Below, one piece after another: positions 26,386-35,058 of a stretch of DNA of 58,129 bases. The DNA is from an uncultured Candidatus Saccharibacteria bacterium (GTDB taxonomy: Bacteria; Patescibacteriota; UBA1384; UBA12157; JAENIV01). Numbering within the stretch: the stretch's first letter is position 1; the number at the start of each line of letters is the position of its first letter. The translations under genes were made by a program, and so were the position numbers. Where the stretch lies: NCBI GenBank assembly GCA_964479405.1, contig CAYZMA010000002.1, positions 1 through 58,129 on the forward strand. The letters are read 5' to 3'. A model generated the notes under the pieces. That model worked only from the letters and a program-made list of their open reading frames with translations. It did not search any database and was not told the origin of the DNA.

Positions 26386-27609
26386 ATGAACATATTTTTT
26401 ATTCCTTCATGGTATCCTTCGCGGGAAAATCCAACAGCTGGCAATTTTATTAGAAACCAGGCGGTTGCCCTTGGGAAGTATTATCAGAATGTCCAAGTTA
26501 TTATCAGTCTTTGGGGCAATGAAGGGACTAAATTAAATTTTGAGCATCCTTTAAAAGTATTGCCTTATTTAATAAATAATATTTTAGATAAACCATATAT
26601 TTGTGAAATCTCGTCGCGCGTTTTTGAATTCAATCAGCCGGCGCTGGAATGGTCTGCGAGATTATTTCGGGGAAATATTAATTCTATTTTAAAAGCTAAC
26701 GAAAAGAATTTCCAAAAAACCCAAAAAAAGTTTGGTCAAATCGATCTCATTCACGCCCATGTCAGTTTCCCGGCGGGCTTTGTGGCAATGAAATTAGCAA
26801 AGCAGTATAATCTGCCATATATTATTACCGAACATATGGGCCCTTTTCCGTTACTGCCTTTTTTAGGAAACTCCCGTTTAATGCCGTTGGTTTTAGAACC
26901 TCTTAAAAAAGCCAATCTTGTCATTGCTGTCAGTTCTAAATTACAAGCGGAACTATGGAAATTTAAGATCAAATCAACGGTGGTGCCAAATCTTATTAAC
27001 GAAAATTATTTTAAATATTTCCCTCAAAAAATTGGTTCAAACTTTAACTTTTTTTCTTTGGGCGAGATTTCGAAGGAAAAAGGTTTTGAGGATTTAGTTT
27101 ATGCTATTGCTATCGCCGTTAAAAAAGACAAAAATTTAATATTTCGAATCGGTGGAAATGGCAAATGCTTAAAAAAATATCAAAAACTGGCCCAAATTTT
27201 AAAAATAGACTCCGAAGGAGTCCCCTTTGGGGATCAAAATGTTAAATGGCTCGGAGCTTTAAATCATCAAGAAGTTCTTAAAGAATTTCAACATTGTAAT
27301 GCTTTTATCTTGCCCTCGCATCACGAATCATTCGGGATGGTTTATTTGGAAGCGCTGGCCTGTGGTCGCGCAGTAATTGCCACGTGCTGTGGCGGTCCAG
27401 AAGACTTTGTAAGAAAAGAAAACGGTCTTTTAGTAGAGAAGGGAGACATCCAAGCAATTGCTTCAGCTATGGTCAAAATAAAGGAAAATATCAAAGATTA
27501 TCCACCGGCAAAAATTCGCTCGAATATTCTCCAAGAATACTCTACCAAAGTAGTATCAAAAAAGATTATCGATCTCTATAAAAAGATTGCTTCGCTTCGC
27601 TCGCAATGA
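26386..27609 (+). CDS. GT4 glycosyltransferase whose last 8 codons and stop lie in a palindromic-repeat half-site
   Basis: ILPSHHESFGMVYLEALACGRAVIAT..GLLVEKGD (E-x7-E region). The C-terminus ..KIASLRSQ* is encoded by agattgcttcgcttcgctcgcaatgacaa. Confidence 0.8.
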   Translation: MNIFFIPSWYPSRENPTAGNFIRNQAVALGKYYQNVQVIISLWGNEGTKLNFEHPLKVLPYLINNILDKPYICEISSRVFEFNQPALEWSARLFRGNINSILKANEKNFQKTQKKFGQIDLIHAHVSFPAGFVAMKLAKQYNLPYIITEHMGPFPLLPFLGNSRLMPLVLEPLKKANLVIAVSSKLQAELWKFKIKSTVVPNLINENYFKYFPQKIGSNFNFFSLGEISKEKGFEDLVYAIAIAVKKDKNLIFRIGGNGKCLKKYQKLAQILKIDSEGVPFGDQNVKWLGALNHQEVLKEFQHCNAFILPSHHESFGMVYLEALACGRAVIATCCGGPEDFVRKENGLLVEKGDIQAIASAMVKIKENIKDYPPAKIRSNILQEYSTKVVSKKIIDLYKKIASLRSQ

Positions 27610-27612
27610 CAA
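27584..27612. repeat. Half-copy (3' arm only) of the tgtcattgcgag palindromic repeat, overlapping the end of a CDS
   Basis: agattgcttcgcttcgctcgcaatgacaa compared with agattgcttcgctatcgctcgcaatgacaa at 1329..1358. Confidence 0.8.
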
Positions 27613-27666
27613 GGGCGTTGCTCAAGTTTAATTTTTATGGTAAAAAAGAAAACTAGAAGGTAATTT

Positions 27667-29556
27667 ATGTGCGGGATTTGCGGCACAATTAATTTAGATA
27701 AAAAACCGGTTGAAAAAAAAGTTTTACAAAAGATGGCTGATGCACTTATTCATCGCGGACCGGACGACGAGGGTTTTTTTGTGGAAAAAAACATTGGTTT
27801 GGGTCATAGGCGACTTTCCATTATTGATTTATCAAAAGCGGGTCATCAACCGATGTTTTATAATAATCAAAATTTGGTCATTGTTTTTAATGGCGAAATT
27901 TATAATTATATTGAAATCCATAAAGAACTAGTTAAAAAAGGTTATAAATTTAAATCTAAAACTGATACCGAAGTTATTTTGGCCTCATATCATGAATGGG
28001 GGGAAAGGTGTCTTCAAAAATTTAACGGAATGTGGGCCTTTGTTATCTATGATAAAAAGAAAAAATTAATTTTTGCTGCTCGCGACAGGTTAGGCGTTAA
28101 GCCATTCTATTATTATTTTGATCAAGACAAATTTCTTTTTGCTTCGGAGATTAAGGCAATTTTAGTCCATCCGGAAATTAAAGCTCAAGAGAACGAACAA
28201 ATTGTTTGGGATTATTTAATTTGTGGTCTGGTGGATCATGGCGAAGAAACTTTTTTTAAAGGAATTAAAGAGTTGAGGGCAGGACATTATTTAGTTTTAA
28301 GAAAAAAGAAAATAGAAATAAGAAAGTATTGGGATTTGGACCCAGAAGCCAAAACGACATTTAAAAAAGATTCCGAATACGCAGAGAAATTTCGCGAGCT
28401 TTTTGCTGATTCGGTAAAACTGCGGCTTCGCAGCGATGTGCCGATTGGTACTTGTTTATCTGGTGGGCTTGATTCATCGGCAATCGTTTGCGTAGTTAAT
28501 AATTTTTTAAAGAACCAAAATAAAATTGAACAAATAGGTTTATGGCAAAAAACTTTTTCTTCTGTTTATGACAAGAAAAAATATTCGGGTTGTGATGAAC
28601 GGCAATTTATCAATGAAGTCATCAGAAAAACTAAAGTTAAATCTCATCTTGTTTTTCCTGATGGTAAAAAATTAGTTAGAGAAATAGAAAAAGTGATTTA
28701 TCACCAAGATTATCCTTTTTCTTCAACTAGTATTTATGCTCAATGGAATGTTTTTCGTTTAGCTAAACAAAACAGTGTTAAGGTTATACTTGATGGTCAG
28801 GGAGCGGATGAGCAATTGGCCGGTTATCATCCATTTTTTGGAATCTATTTTTGCCAGTTATTGCGGGATTATCGCTTAGGTCGTTTGTTTTACGAAACTT
28901 ACAAATATTCCAAAAATCACAATAACTCAGTTTTTAAAGTTTTAAAAGATCTTTTTGTCAATTTGGGGCAAAAAGGCGTTTTTGGCGGATTCTTTTCCCG
29001 TTTTATTAAAAATCAATGGTCGGAATACGATCTCTTTTTGCCAGAGTGGCGAAATAAATATCAGCCACCAGCGATGATTCAGCCAACCGATAATGTATTT
29101 AAAAATGCGCTCCATAGCGGTTTCAAAATGGGTTTGGTTTCCCTCCTGCGATACGAAGATCGGGATTCAATGGCATTTTCGATCGAATCGCGCGTACCGT
29201 TTTTGGATTATCGTTTGATTGAATTTATTTATTCGCTTCCTGATAATCAAAAAATTAATCAGGGACAAACCAAATGGGTGATGCGTCAGGCTTTAAAGGG
29301 AATTTTACCAGAAAAAATCCGTAATCGCCAAGATAAAATTGGTTTTGCTACTCCGGAACAAATTTGGATGAAAAACGAATTAGGTGAAGAGATGAAAAAA
29401 GTTTTTGCTTCAAAAAGATTTAACAATCGCGGTTATTTTGAGCCAGGAAAAACTTTGGAATATTTTGAAAATTATTTAAAGGGCGACAACACGAACTATC
29501 CACTATTTTGGCGCTTGTATTGTCTGGAAATATGGTTTAGAGTGTTTATAGATTGA
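27667..29556 (+). CDS. Glutamine-hydrolysing asparagine-synthase-family amidotransferase (AsnB/WbpS-like)
   Basis: N-terminal MCGI nucleophile, GHRRLSIIDL, and PP-loop CLSGGLDSSAIV. 629 aa. Confidence 0.9.
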   Translation: MCGICGTINLDKKPVEKKVLQKMADALIHRGPDDEGFFVEKNIGLGHRRLSIIDLSKAGHQPMFYNNQNLVIVFNGEIYNYIEIHKELVKKGYKFKSKTDTEVILASYHEWGERCLQKFNGMWAFVIYDKKKKLIFAARDRLGVKPFYYYFDQDKFLFASEIKAILVHPEIKAQENEQIVWDYLICGLVDHGEETFFKGIKELRAGHYLVLRKKKIEIRKYWDLDPEAKTTFKKDSEYAEKFRELFADSVKLRLRSDVPIGTCLSGGLDSSAIVCVVNNFLKNQNKIEQIGLWQKTFSSVYDKKKYSGCDERQFINEVIRKTKVKSHLVFPDGKKLVREIEKVIYHQDYPFSSTSIYAQWNVFRLAKQNSVKVILDGQGADEQLAGYHPFFGIYFCQLLRDYRLGRLFYETYKYSKNHNNSVFKVLKDLFVNLGQKGVFGGFFSRFIKNQWSEYDLFLPEWRNKYQPPAMIQPTDNVFKNALHSGFKMGLVSLLRYEDRDSMAFSIESRVPFLDYRLIEFIYSLPDNQKINQGQTKWVMRQALKGILPEKIRNRQDKIGFATPEQIWMKNELGEEMKKVFASKRFNNRGYFEPGKTLEYFENYLKGDNTNYPLFWRLYCLEIWFRVFID

Positions 29557-29557
29557 A

Positions 29558-30259
29558 ATGAAATGTGATTTTTCCGTTAAACATTACCAGGAAATTTTAG
29601 AAAAAGCATTAAAAGATGATTTTAAAATTATTAATTTCCAAAAACTCAAAAAAGCTCAAAAAAGCTCAAAAATAATTTTATTGCGTCATGATATTGATTG
29701 CTCTCCTAGGAGAGCTTTGGAAATTGCTAAAATTGAAAATAATTTAAAAATTAAATCAACTTTCTTTGTCAGGGTTCATGGTGAATTTTATCATCCTTTT
29801 GATCGGATTACTTTTCCGGTTCTTAAGGAAATTATTAAAATGGGTCACGAGATTGGTCTGCATACTGAAGCTAGGAATCTTGCTTTGGAATTTAAGATGA
29901 ATATGATTGATCTTTTTAAAATAGAAAAGAAAATACTGGAAACAATGCTGTCTATTAAGATTGAGTCTGCTTCCGAACATGCGGATTTTGGACGAACAAA
30001 AGATTACTGGACGAATCACTTTTTTACAAAAGTAAAAAAAGAAAAAGTCGGGATTAAAAATTTTCCTCAAGAGAAAAGATTTCAAGAATTTCATTATCTT
30101 TCCGATAGTCTAGGTCATTGGCGCGAAGGTTGTTTGTGCCAAAACTTTCAAAAATACCAATATATTCAAGCATTGATTCATCCTGATCATTGGGGTAAAA
30201 ATGCTTGTTTGGAATTAAAGAAGTTAAGAGCTTGTAATAATCTTGGTAATATTTTATGA
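29558..30259 (+). CDS. Putative polysaccharide deacetylase-like (divergent CE4-like) protein
   Basis: ILLRHDIDCSPRRAL motif, then HEIGLHTE and ASEHADF His/Asp-containing motifs. The assignment is weak. Confidence 0.4.
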   Translation: MKCDFSVKHYQEILEKALKDDFKIINFQKLKKAQKSSKIILLRHDIDCSPRRALEIAKIENNLKIKSTFFVRVHGEFYHPFDRITFPVLKEIIKMGHEIGLHTEARNLALEFKMNMIDLFKIEKKILETMLSIKIESASEHADFGRTKDYWTNHFFTKVKKEKVGIKNFPQEKRFQEFHYLSDSLGHWREGCLCQNFQKYQYIQALIHPDHWGKNACLELKKLRACNNLGNIL

Positions 30260-30281
30260 TTAAAAAACTTAGAGGAGACTA

Positions 30282-31256
30282 ATGAATATTAAAGGCAAGA
30301 AGATTTTAATTACCGGTGGCGCCGGCTTTATTGGCTCTCATATTGTTGACGAACTACTTGAGGAGAAAGTTGGGCAAGTTATTGTTTTTGATAATTTTAT
30401 TAGAGGAACTCGTAGCAATTTAAGTCAAGCTCTTAAGTCTAAAAAAGTAAAAATTATTAAGGGCGATATTACAAATTTTAGTCAAATTAACCGAGCAATG
30501 AAAGGCGTTAATTGTGTTTTTCACGAAGTTGCTTTGTGGCTATTGGATTGCGAGAAAAGACCACGGGATGCTTTTGAGATCAATGTTGATGGCACTTTCA
30601 ATGTTCTAGAAGCTTGTGTTAAAAATAGAGTGAAAAAAATTGTAGCTGCCTCTTCTGCAAGTGTTTATGGTGATGGTTTGTATTTTCCGACTGACGAAAA
30701 CCATCCTTTCAACAATTATTTATTTTATGGTGCCAGTAAAGTGGCTGATGAACAACTTTTTAAAGTTTTTTGGAAAAAACATGGTTTAGATTATGTGGCG
30801 TTACGTTACTTTAATGTCTATGGCAAGCGTCAAGAATATAGTGCTGCTTACACATCAGTAATTATGAAGTTTATTAATAAGTTGTCGGCTCGTGAGCGTC
30901 CGGAAATATTTGGTGACGGTTCGGCAACAATGGATTTAATTTATGTTGGAGATATTGCTAAGGCCAATATCTTGTCAATGAAATCAGATGTTACTAACGA
31001 AGTTTTTAATGTTGCTACTGGTGTTGAAACCTCTTTAAAACAGTTATTAGACATTTTAATGAATTTAATGAAAGCAAAGGTTGAGCCAATTTATAAACCT
31101 TATGATCAACAGTTAGTCAGTCGACGATGCGGTTCAACGAAAAAAGCAAAAAAAATGCTTGGTTTTAAGGCAGAAAAATCTGTCAAAGACGGAATTAAAC
31201 TAGTGCTTGATTGGATGATTGAGCAAAATATTGTTCCTGAATCTCCTAAAAAATAA
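30282..31256 (+). CDS. NAD-dependent sugar epimerase/dehydratase (extended SDR)
   Basis: ITGGAGFIGSH, SSASVYG, YGASKVADE (YxxxK), LRYFNVYG. Confidence 0.85.
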   Translation: MNIKGKKILITGGAGFIGSHIVDELLEEKVGQVIVFDNFIRGTRSNLSQALKSKKVKIIKGDITNFSQINRAMKGVNCVFHEVALWLLDCEKRPRDAFEINVDGTFNVLEACVKNRVKKIVAASSASVYGDGLYFPTDENHPFNNYLFYGASKVADEQLFKVFWKKHGLDYVALRYFNVYGKRQEYSAAYTSVIMKFINKLSARERPEIFGDGSATMDLIYVGDIAKANILSMKSDVTNEVFNVATGVETSLKQLLDILMNLMKAKVEPIYKPYDQQLVSRRCGSTKKAKKMLGFKAEKSVKDGIKLVLDWMIEQNIVPESPKK

Positions 31257-32395
31257 TGAAAATTAATATTACCAATCCTCAATTTAGTAAAGAAGAATTG
31301 CAAGCGGTTAAAGAAGTTTTGGACTCAGGCTGGGTGGTTCAAGGTCCAAAGGTAGCGGCATTTGAACAAAAAATTTGCCAATACACAAAGGCACCTTTTG
31401 CTATTGCTACCTCTTCTTGTACAACTGGGCTTCATATAGCTTTGCGAGCTTTAGATATTAAATCGTCCGATGAAGTAATCGTACCGGCTTTCACCTTTGT
31501 GGCAAGCGCCAATGCTTGTGAGTATGTTGGTGCCAAACCAGTTTTTGTTGATATCTCGCTTAAAACTTTTAATATCGCTATTGAGCAAATTGAAAAAAAA
31601 ATTACTAAAAAAACCAAAGCCATTATGCCGGTTCATCTGTTTGGTTTGGCGGTTGAAATGACAGAAATTTGTAAAATAGCGCGGAAATATCAATTAAAAA
31701 TTATTGAAGATGGCGCTTGCGCTTTAGGCACAAATTATGAAAATAAGCATGTTGGGCTCTGGGGTGACTTTGGGGTTTTTAGTTTTCATCCACGTAAGGC
31801 TATTACCACTGGGGAAGGTGGTATGATTATTACTCAAAAAAAGAATTTGGCTGAAAAATCTTTTTCTTTAAGAAATCACGGCGCAGCTATCTCAGATTTT
31901 GCTCGTCATGAAAAAGCCGGAGCTGGTATGTCAGAGGTAAATATTCTTGGTTATAACTACCGCATGACAGATATCCAAGCGGCCATCGGCGTGGTCCAAA
32001 TGACTAAACTAAAAGAAATTTTAGGCAGGAGAGCGAATAAGGCAAATATATACAATCAAGCTTTTCAAAATCATCCGTTTTTAAGAACGCCAATTACACC
32101 GTCATATTCCAATCATGCTTATCAATCTTACGTTCTTTTGGTTAGAGAAAATTCGCCTTTAACTCGCGATGAAATTTCTCTTCATTTGGCTAAAGCTGGT
32201 ATTGCGACTCGTCAGGGGACTCAAAATGTGCCACTTTTAGGTTTTTATTGTAAGAAATATGGCTATAAAAAACAGGATTTTCCTTGCGCTACATCAGCCG
32301 AGGCCAATACTTTAACTATTCCGCTTTATGCTCAAATGACTAAAAAAGAACAAGATTATGTGATTAGTGAAATCTTGAAATTATTTAATCAATAA
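31256..32395 (+). CDS. DegT/DnrJ/EryC1-family PLP-dependent sugar aminotransferase (second copy)
   Basis: TSSCTTGLHIAL, IEDGACALG, SFHPRKAITTGEGG. TAATG overlap. Confidence 0.9.
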   Translation: MKINITNPQFSKEELQAVKEVLDSGWVVQGPKVAAFEQKICQYTKAPFAIATSSCTTGLHIALRALDIKSSDEVIVPAFTFVASANACEYVGAKPVFVDISLKTFNIAIEQIEKKITKKTKAIMPVHLFGLAVEMTEICKIARKYQLKIIEDGACALGTNYENKHVGLWGDFGVFSFHPRKAITTGEGGMIITQKKNLAEKSFSLRNHGAAISDFARHEKAGAGMSEVNILGYNYRMTDIQAAIGVVQMTKLKEILGRRANKANIYNQAFQNHPFLRTPITPSYSNHAYQSYVLLVRENSPLTRDEISLHLAKAGIATRQGTQNVPLLGFYCKKYGYKKQDFPCATSAEANTLTIPLYAQMTKKEQDYVISEILKLFNQ

Positions 32396-32396
32396 A

Positions 32397-33299
32397 ATGT
32401 CCAAAATATTAATTACAGGAGCGTCTGGTTTTATTGGCCAGCACCTTTTTAGAAGATTAAAAAAAGAAGGTTTCTCTGTTTTTGGTATTTCAAGAACAGG
32501 CGGTTATATTGATGATCAAAAAATATTTTCTTTAGATCTTCAAAATAAAGAAGAAGTTAATAATTTTTTAAAAAATAAAAAGATTGATTGTATTATTCAT
32601 CTGGCGGCGCTTGTGCCCCAATCTTTTAATGATCAAACAGCTTACGAATCTTTGTACGAAAATTTTGTTAGCACTTTTAATCTTTTGGAGGTGCTAAAAC
32701 AAGATCAAATTAAAAAATTTGTTTTTGCTTCCAGTATGTCGGTTATCGGTCAACCGCCTAAAAAATCTTTAGACGAAAATATTCCAGTTGAGCCGACAAA
32801 CTTTTATTCTTTAAGCAAATATTTTGGCGAAAAAATGAGTCAATTATTTGGTTTAAAATTTAAAAAGAAAGTAATAATACTTAGAATTTCAGCGCCATAT
32901 GGACAGGGTCAAAAAGAAGGCTCGGTTATTCCTCTTTTTATTAACCAAGCCTTAAAATCGGAAAATTTAATTGTTTTAGGTCAAGGTAAAAGACTGCAGG
33001 ATTTTATTTATATTAGTGATATTGTTGAAGCTTTTGTATGTGCAATTAAATATCCGGCTTGTGGTATCTATAATCTTGCTAGTGGTCAGTCTACAAACAC
33101 TTATAAATTAGCAAAAATAATTTTAAAATTAATTCCGGAAAGTCATTCAAAAATTATTTTAAAAGGCATTGATACTCAGGAAAAATATCAACTTCGGGTT
33201 AATATCTCTAAAGCAAAAAAAGATTTAAAATATATTCCTAAAGTCTTAATTAAAGATGGTATTGGAAATTATATTAATTATTTAAAAAGGCAAAAATGA
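32397..33299 (+). CDS. NAD-dependent sugar epimerase/reductase (SDR)
   Basis: ITGASGFIGQH, YSLSKYFGE, LRISAPYG. Confidence 0.8.
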   Translation: MSKILITGASGFIGQHLFRRLKKEGFSVFGISRTGGYIDDQKIFSLDLQNKEEVNNFLKNKKIDCIIHLAALVPQSFNDQTAYESLYENFVSTFNLLEVLKQDQIKKFVFASSMSVIGQPPKKSLDENIPVEPTNFYSLSKYFGEKMSQLFGLKFKKKVIILRISAPYGQGQKEGSVIPLFINQALKSENLIVLGQGKRLQDFIYISDIVEAFVCAIKYPACGIYNLASGQSTNTYKLAKIILKLIPESHSKIILKGIDTQEKYQLRVNISKAKKDLKYIPKVLIKDGIGNYINYLKRQK

Positions 33300-33964
33300 A
33301 AATTGCACTTATTTCCGATATTCATGGTAATTATTCTGCTTTTAGAGCAGTTTGGGCTGAAATTAAAGATTATTCCTTAATTATGAATGTTGGTGATATT
33401 ACTGGTTATTATCCGGACATTAACGAATCTTTAAAATTACTTAAAAATAAAAAAGTAATTAATATTTTTGGGAATCATGATCATTATTTGCTTGATGGTA
33501 AGTTGCCATTTGGTAAAGCGGAGTTTTTGAAAAAACCTTTTCTGAACAATTTATCAACCATCACGCAAGATAATTTAGCTTTTTTACAGTTGTTGGAAAG
33601 TTCTCTAATTTTAAGTATTAACAATTTAACAATTGGTCTTTTTCATGGCAGTTTAGATAATTTTGAAGAATATACTTATGCCGATAACAATTTTGAGGCA
33701 TTTAAAAATTCCGGTTTAGATGTGGTTGTTTTAGGACACACTCACCAACCAATGCTGAAAAAAATCAATCAAACTTTAGTCGTAAATCCTGGTTCTGTTG
33801 GTCAACCAAGAGGTCTTGAAAAAAAATCCTGCTATGCTATCTTTGATACTCAGGCTAAAAAAGTGGAATTTAAAAAAGTTTATTATAATCAAACTGAAAT
33901 TTGCCAAAAAATTGAGTTGCTAGGTTATGATCGTCAGGTAATTGATATTTTAAAGGAAAAATAA
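33296..33964 (+). CDS. Metallophosphoesterase (YfcE/MJ0936-like)
   Basis: ISDIHGN, VGDITGY, GNHDHY, LFHGS, LGHTHQP, NPGSVGQPR. ATGA overlap. Confidence 0.85.
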   Translation: MKIALISDIHGNYSAFRAVWAEIKDYSLIMNVGDITGYYPDINESLKLLKNKKVINIFGNHDHYLLDGKLPFGKAEFLKKPFLNNLSTITQDNLAFLQLLESSLILSINNLTIGLFHGSLDNFEEYTYADNNFEAFKNSGLDVVVLGHTHQPMLKKINQTLVVNPGSVGQPRGLEKKSCYAIFDTQAKKVEFKKVYYNQTEICQKIELLGYDRQVIDILKEK

Positions 33965-33968
33965 AATA

Positions 33969-35054
33969 ATGAGTAAAAAAATAAGAGTTTTAATTACTGG
34001 TGCCGGGGGTGGAAATGTTGGTATTCAGGTAATGGATGCTTTAAAATTGGCGAAAAATTCTTATTACATAGTTACTACCAATGTTGAGGCTCAAAAAACT
34101 GGTTTGTACGAAGGAGATATTGGTTATCTTGTGCCCCCGGCCAGTCATATAGACTATATTCCAAAATTATTAAAGATTGCCAAGAAAGAGGGAATTCAAG
34201 TTATTATTTCTGGATCCGAACCGGAAATGATGGTTATGTCAAAAAATAGAACCGCTTTTGAAAAAAAAGATATACTAGTTTTAATTAACTCAGAAATAGT
34301 TATTGATACTTGTCAAGATAAATACCAAACAATGCAGTTTCTTGAAGAAAATAAATTTTTATATCCTAAATTCACAGTTTTGAAAAAAAATACTTTACCT
34401 TTGGGATTTTCTTTTCCGGTTGTAGTTAAGCCTTCAAAAGGTGGTGGTGGTTCTAAAAATGTTTTCATTGCTAGAAATACCAAAGAACTGATTTTTTATC
34501 GTCAATTATTTGCCCAACAAAATTTAATTATGCTAATTCAAGAATATATTGGGACAGCTGATGAGGAATATACAGTTGGTGTTTTGACTGATTTTAAAGG
34601 AAATTTAATTGAATCAATTGCTTTAAAAAGAATTGTTTCAGGCACTCTTTCAAAATTAATTGAACTTAAAGATTTACCTCCTCGTCAAAATCAATCACTG
34701 GTTTTGTCATCAGGGATTTCACAAGGTTTTGTTGACGACTACTACGATGTTAGAAAATATTGTGAAAAAATTGCTCAACAACTCCATTCAACTGGTCCAC
34801 TTAATATTCAGTGCCGGAAGACTAAACAGGGAATTTATACAATGGAAATAAATCCTCGGTTTTCCGGGACTACCTCTATTCGGGCTTTACTCGGTTTCAA
34901 TGAGCCAGATATTTTAATTAGAAAAAATTTATTGGGCGAAAAAATAAATCAAGTTAAATATAAAAAGGGATTGGTTTTAAGAGAATTTCGTATGAAATAT
35001 ATTGATTTTAATCAACTGAAAAAGATAAATAAACAAAAGTATTTAATTAACTAA
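33969..35054 (+). CDS. ATP-grasp superfamily ligase (carbamoyl-phosphate-synthase-L-like fold)
   Basis: ITGAGGGNVG, VVVKPSKGGGGSKNVFIA, IQEYIGTADEEYTVGV, MEINPRFSGT. Confidence 0.75.
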   Translation: MSKKIRVLITGAGGGNVGIQVMDALKLAKNSYYIVTTNVEAQKTGLYEGDIGYLVPPASHIDYIPKLLKIAKKEGIQVIISGSEPEMMVMSKNRTAFEKKDILVLINSEIVIDTCQDKYQTMQFLEENKFLYPKFTVLKKNTLPLGFSFPVVVKPSKGGGGSKNVFIARNTKELIFYRQLFAQQNLIMLIQEYIGTADEEYTVGVLTDFKGNLIESIALKRIVSGTLSKLIELKDLPPRQNQSLVLSSGISQGFVDDYYDVRKYCEKIAQQLHSTGPLNIQCRKTKQGIYTMEINPRFSGTTSIRALLGFNEPDILIRKNLLGEKINQVKYKKGLVLREFRMKYIDFNQLKKINKQKYLIN

Positions 35055-35058
35055 ATTT

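Noticed and set aside
27208-27232. Two adjacent mini-hairpins (gactcc-gaa-ggagtc and cccc-ttt-gggg) in a locally GC-rich spot inside the GT4 gene 26386..27609. I considered a possible in-frame inserted palindromic element.
   Set aside because: The stems are only 6 and 4 bp long, no other copy is seen in the window, and the encoded peptide (DSEGVPFGD) sits in a variable GT4 linker. This is most likely chance.
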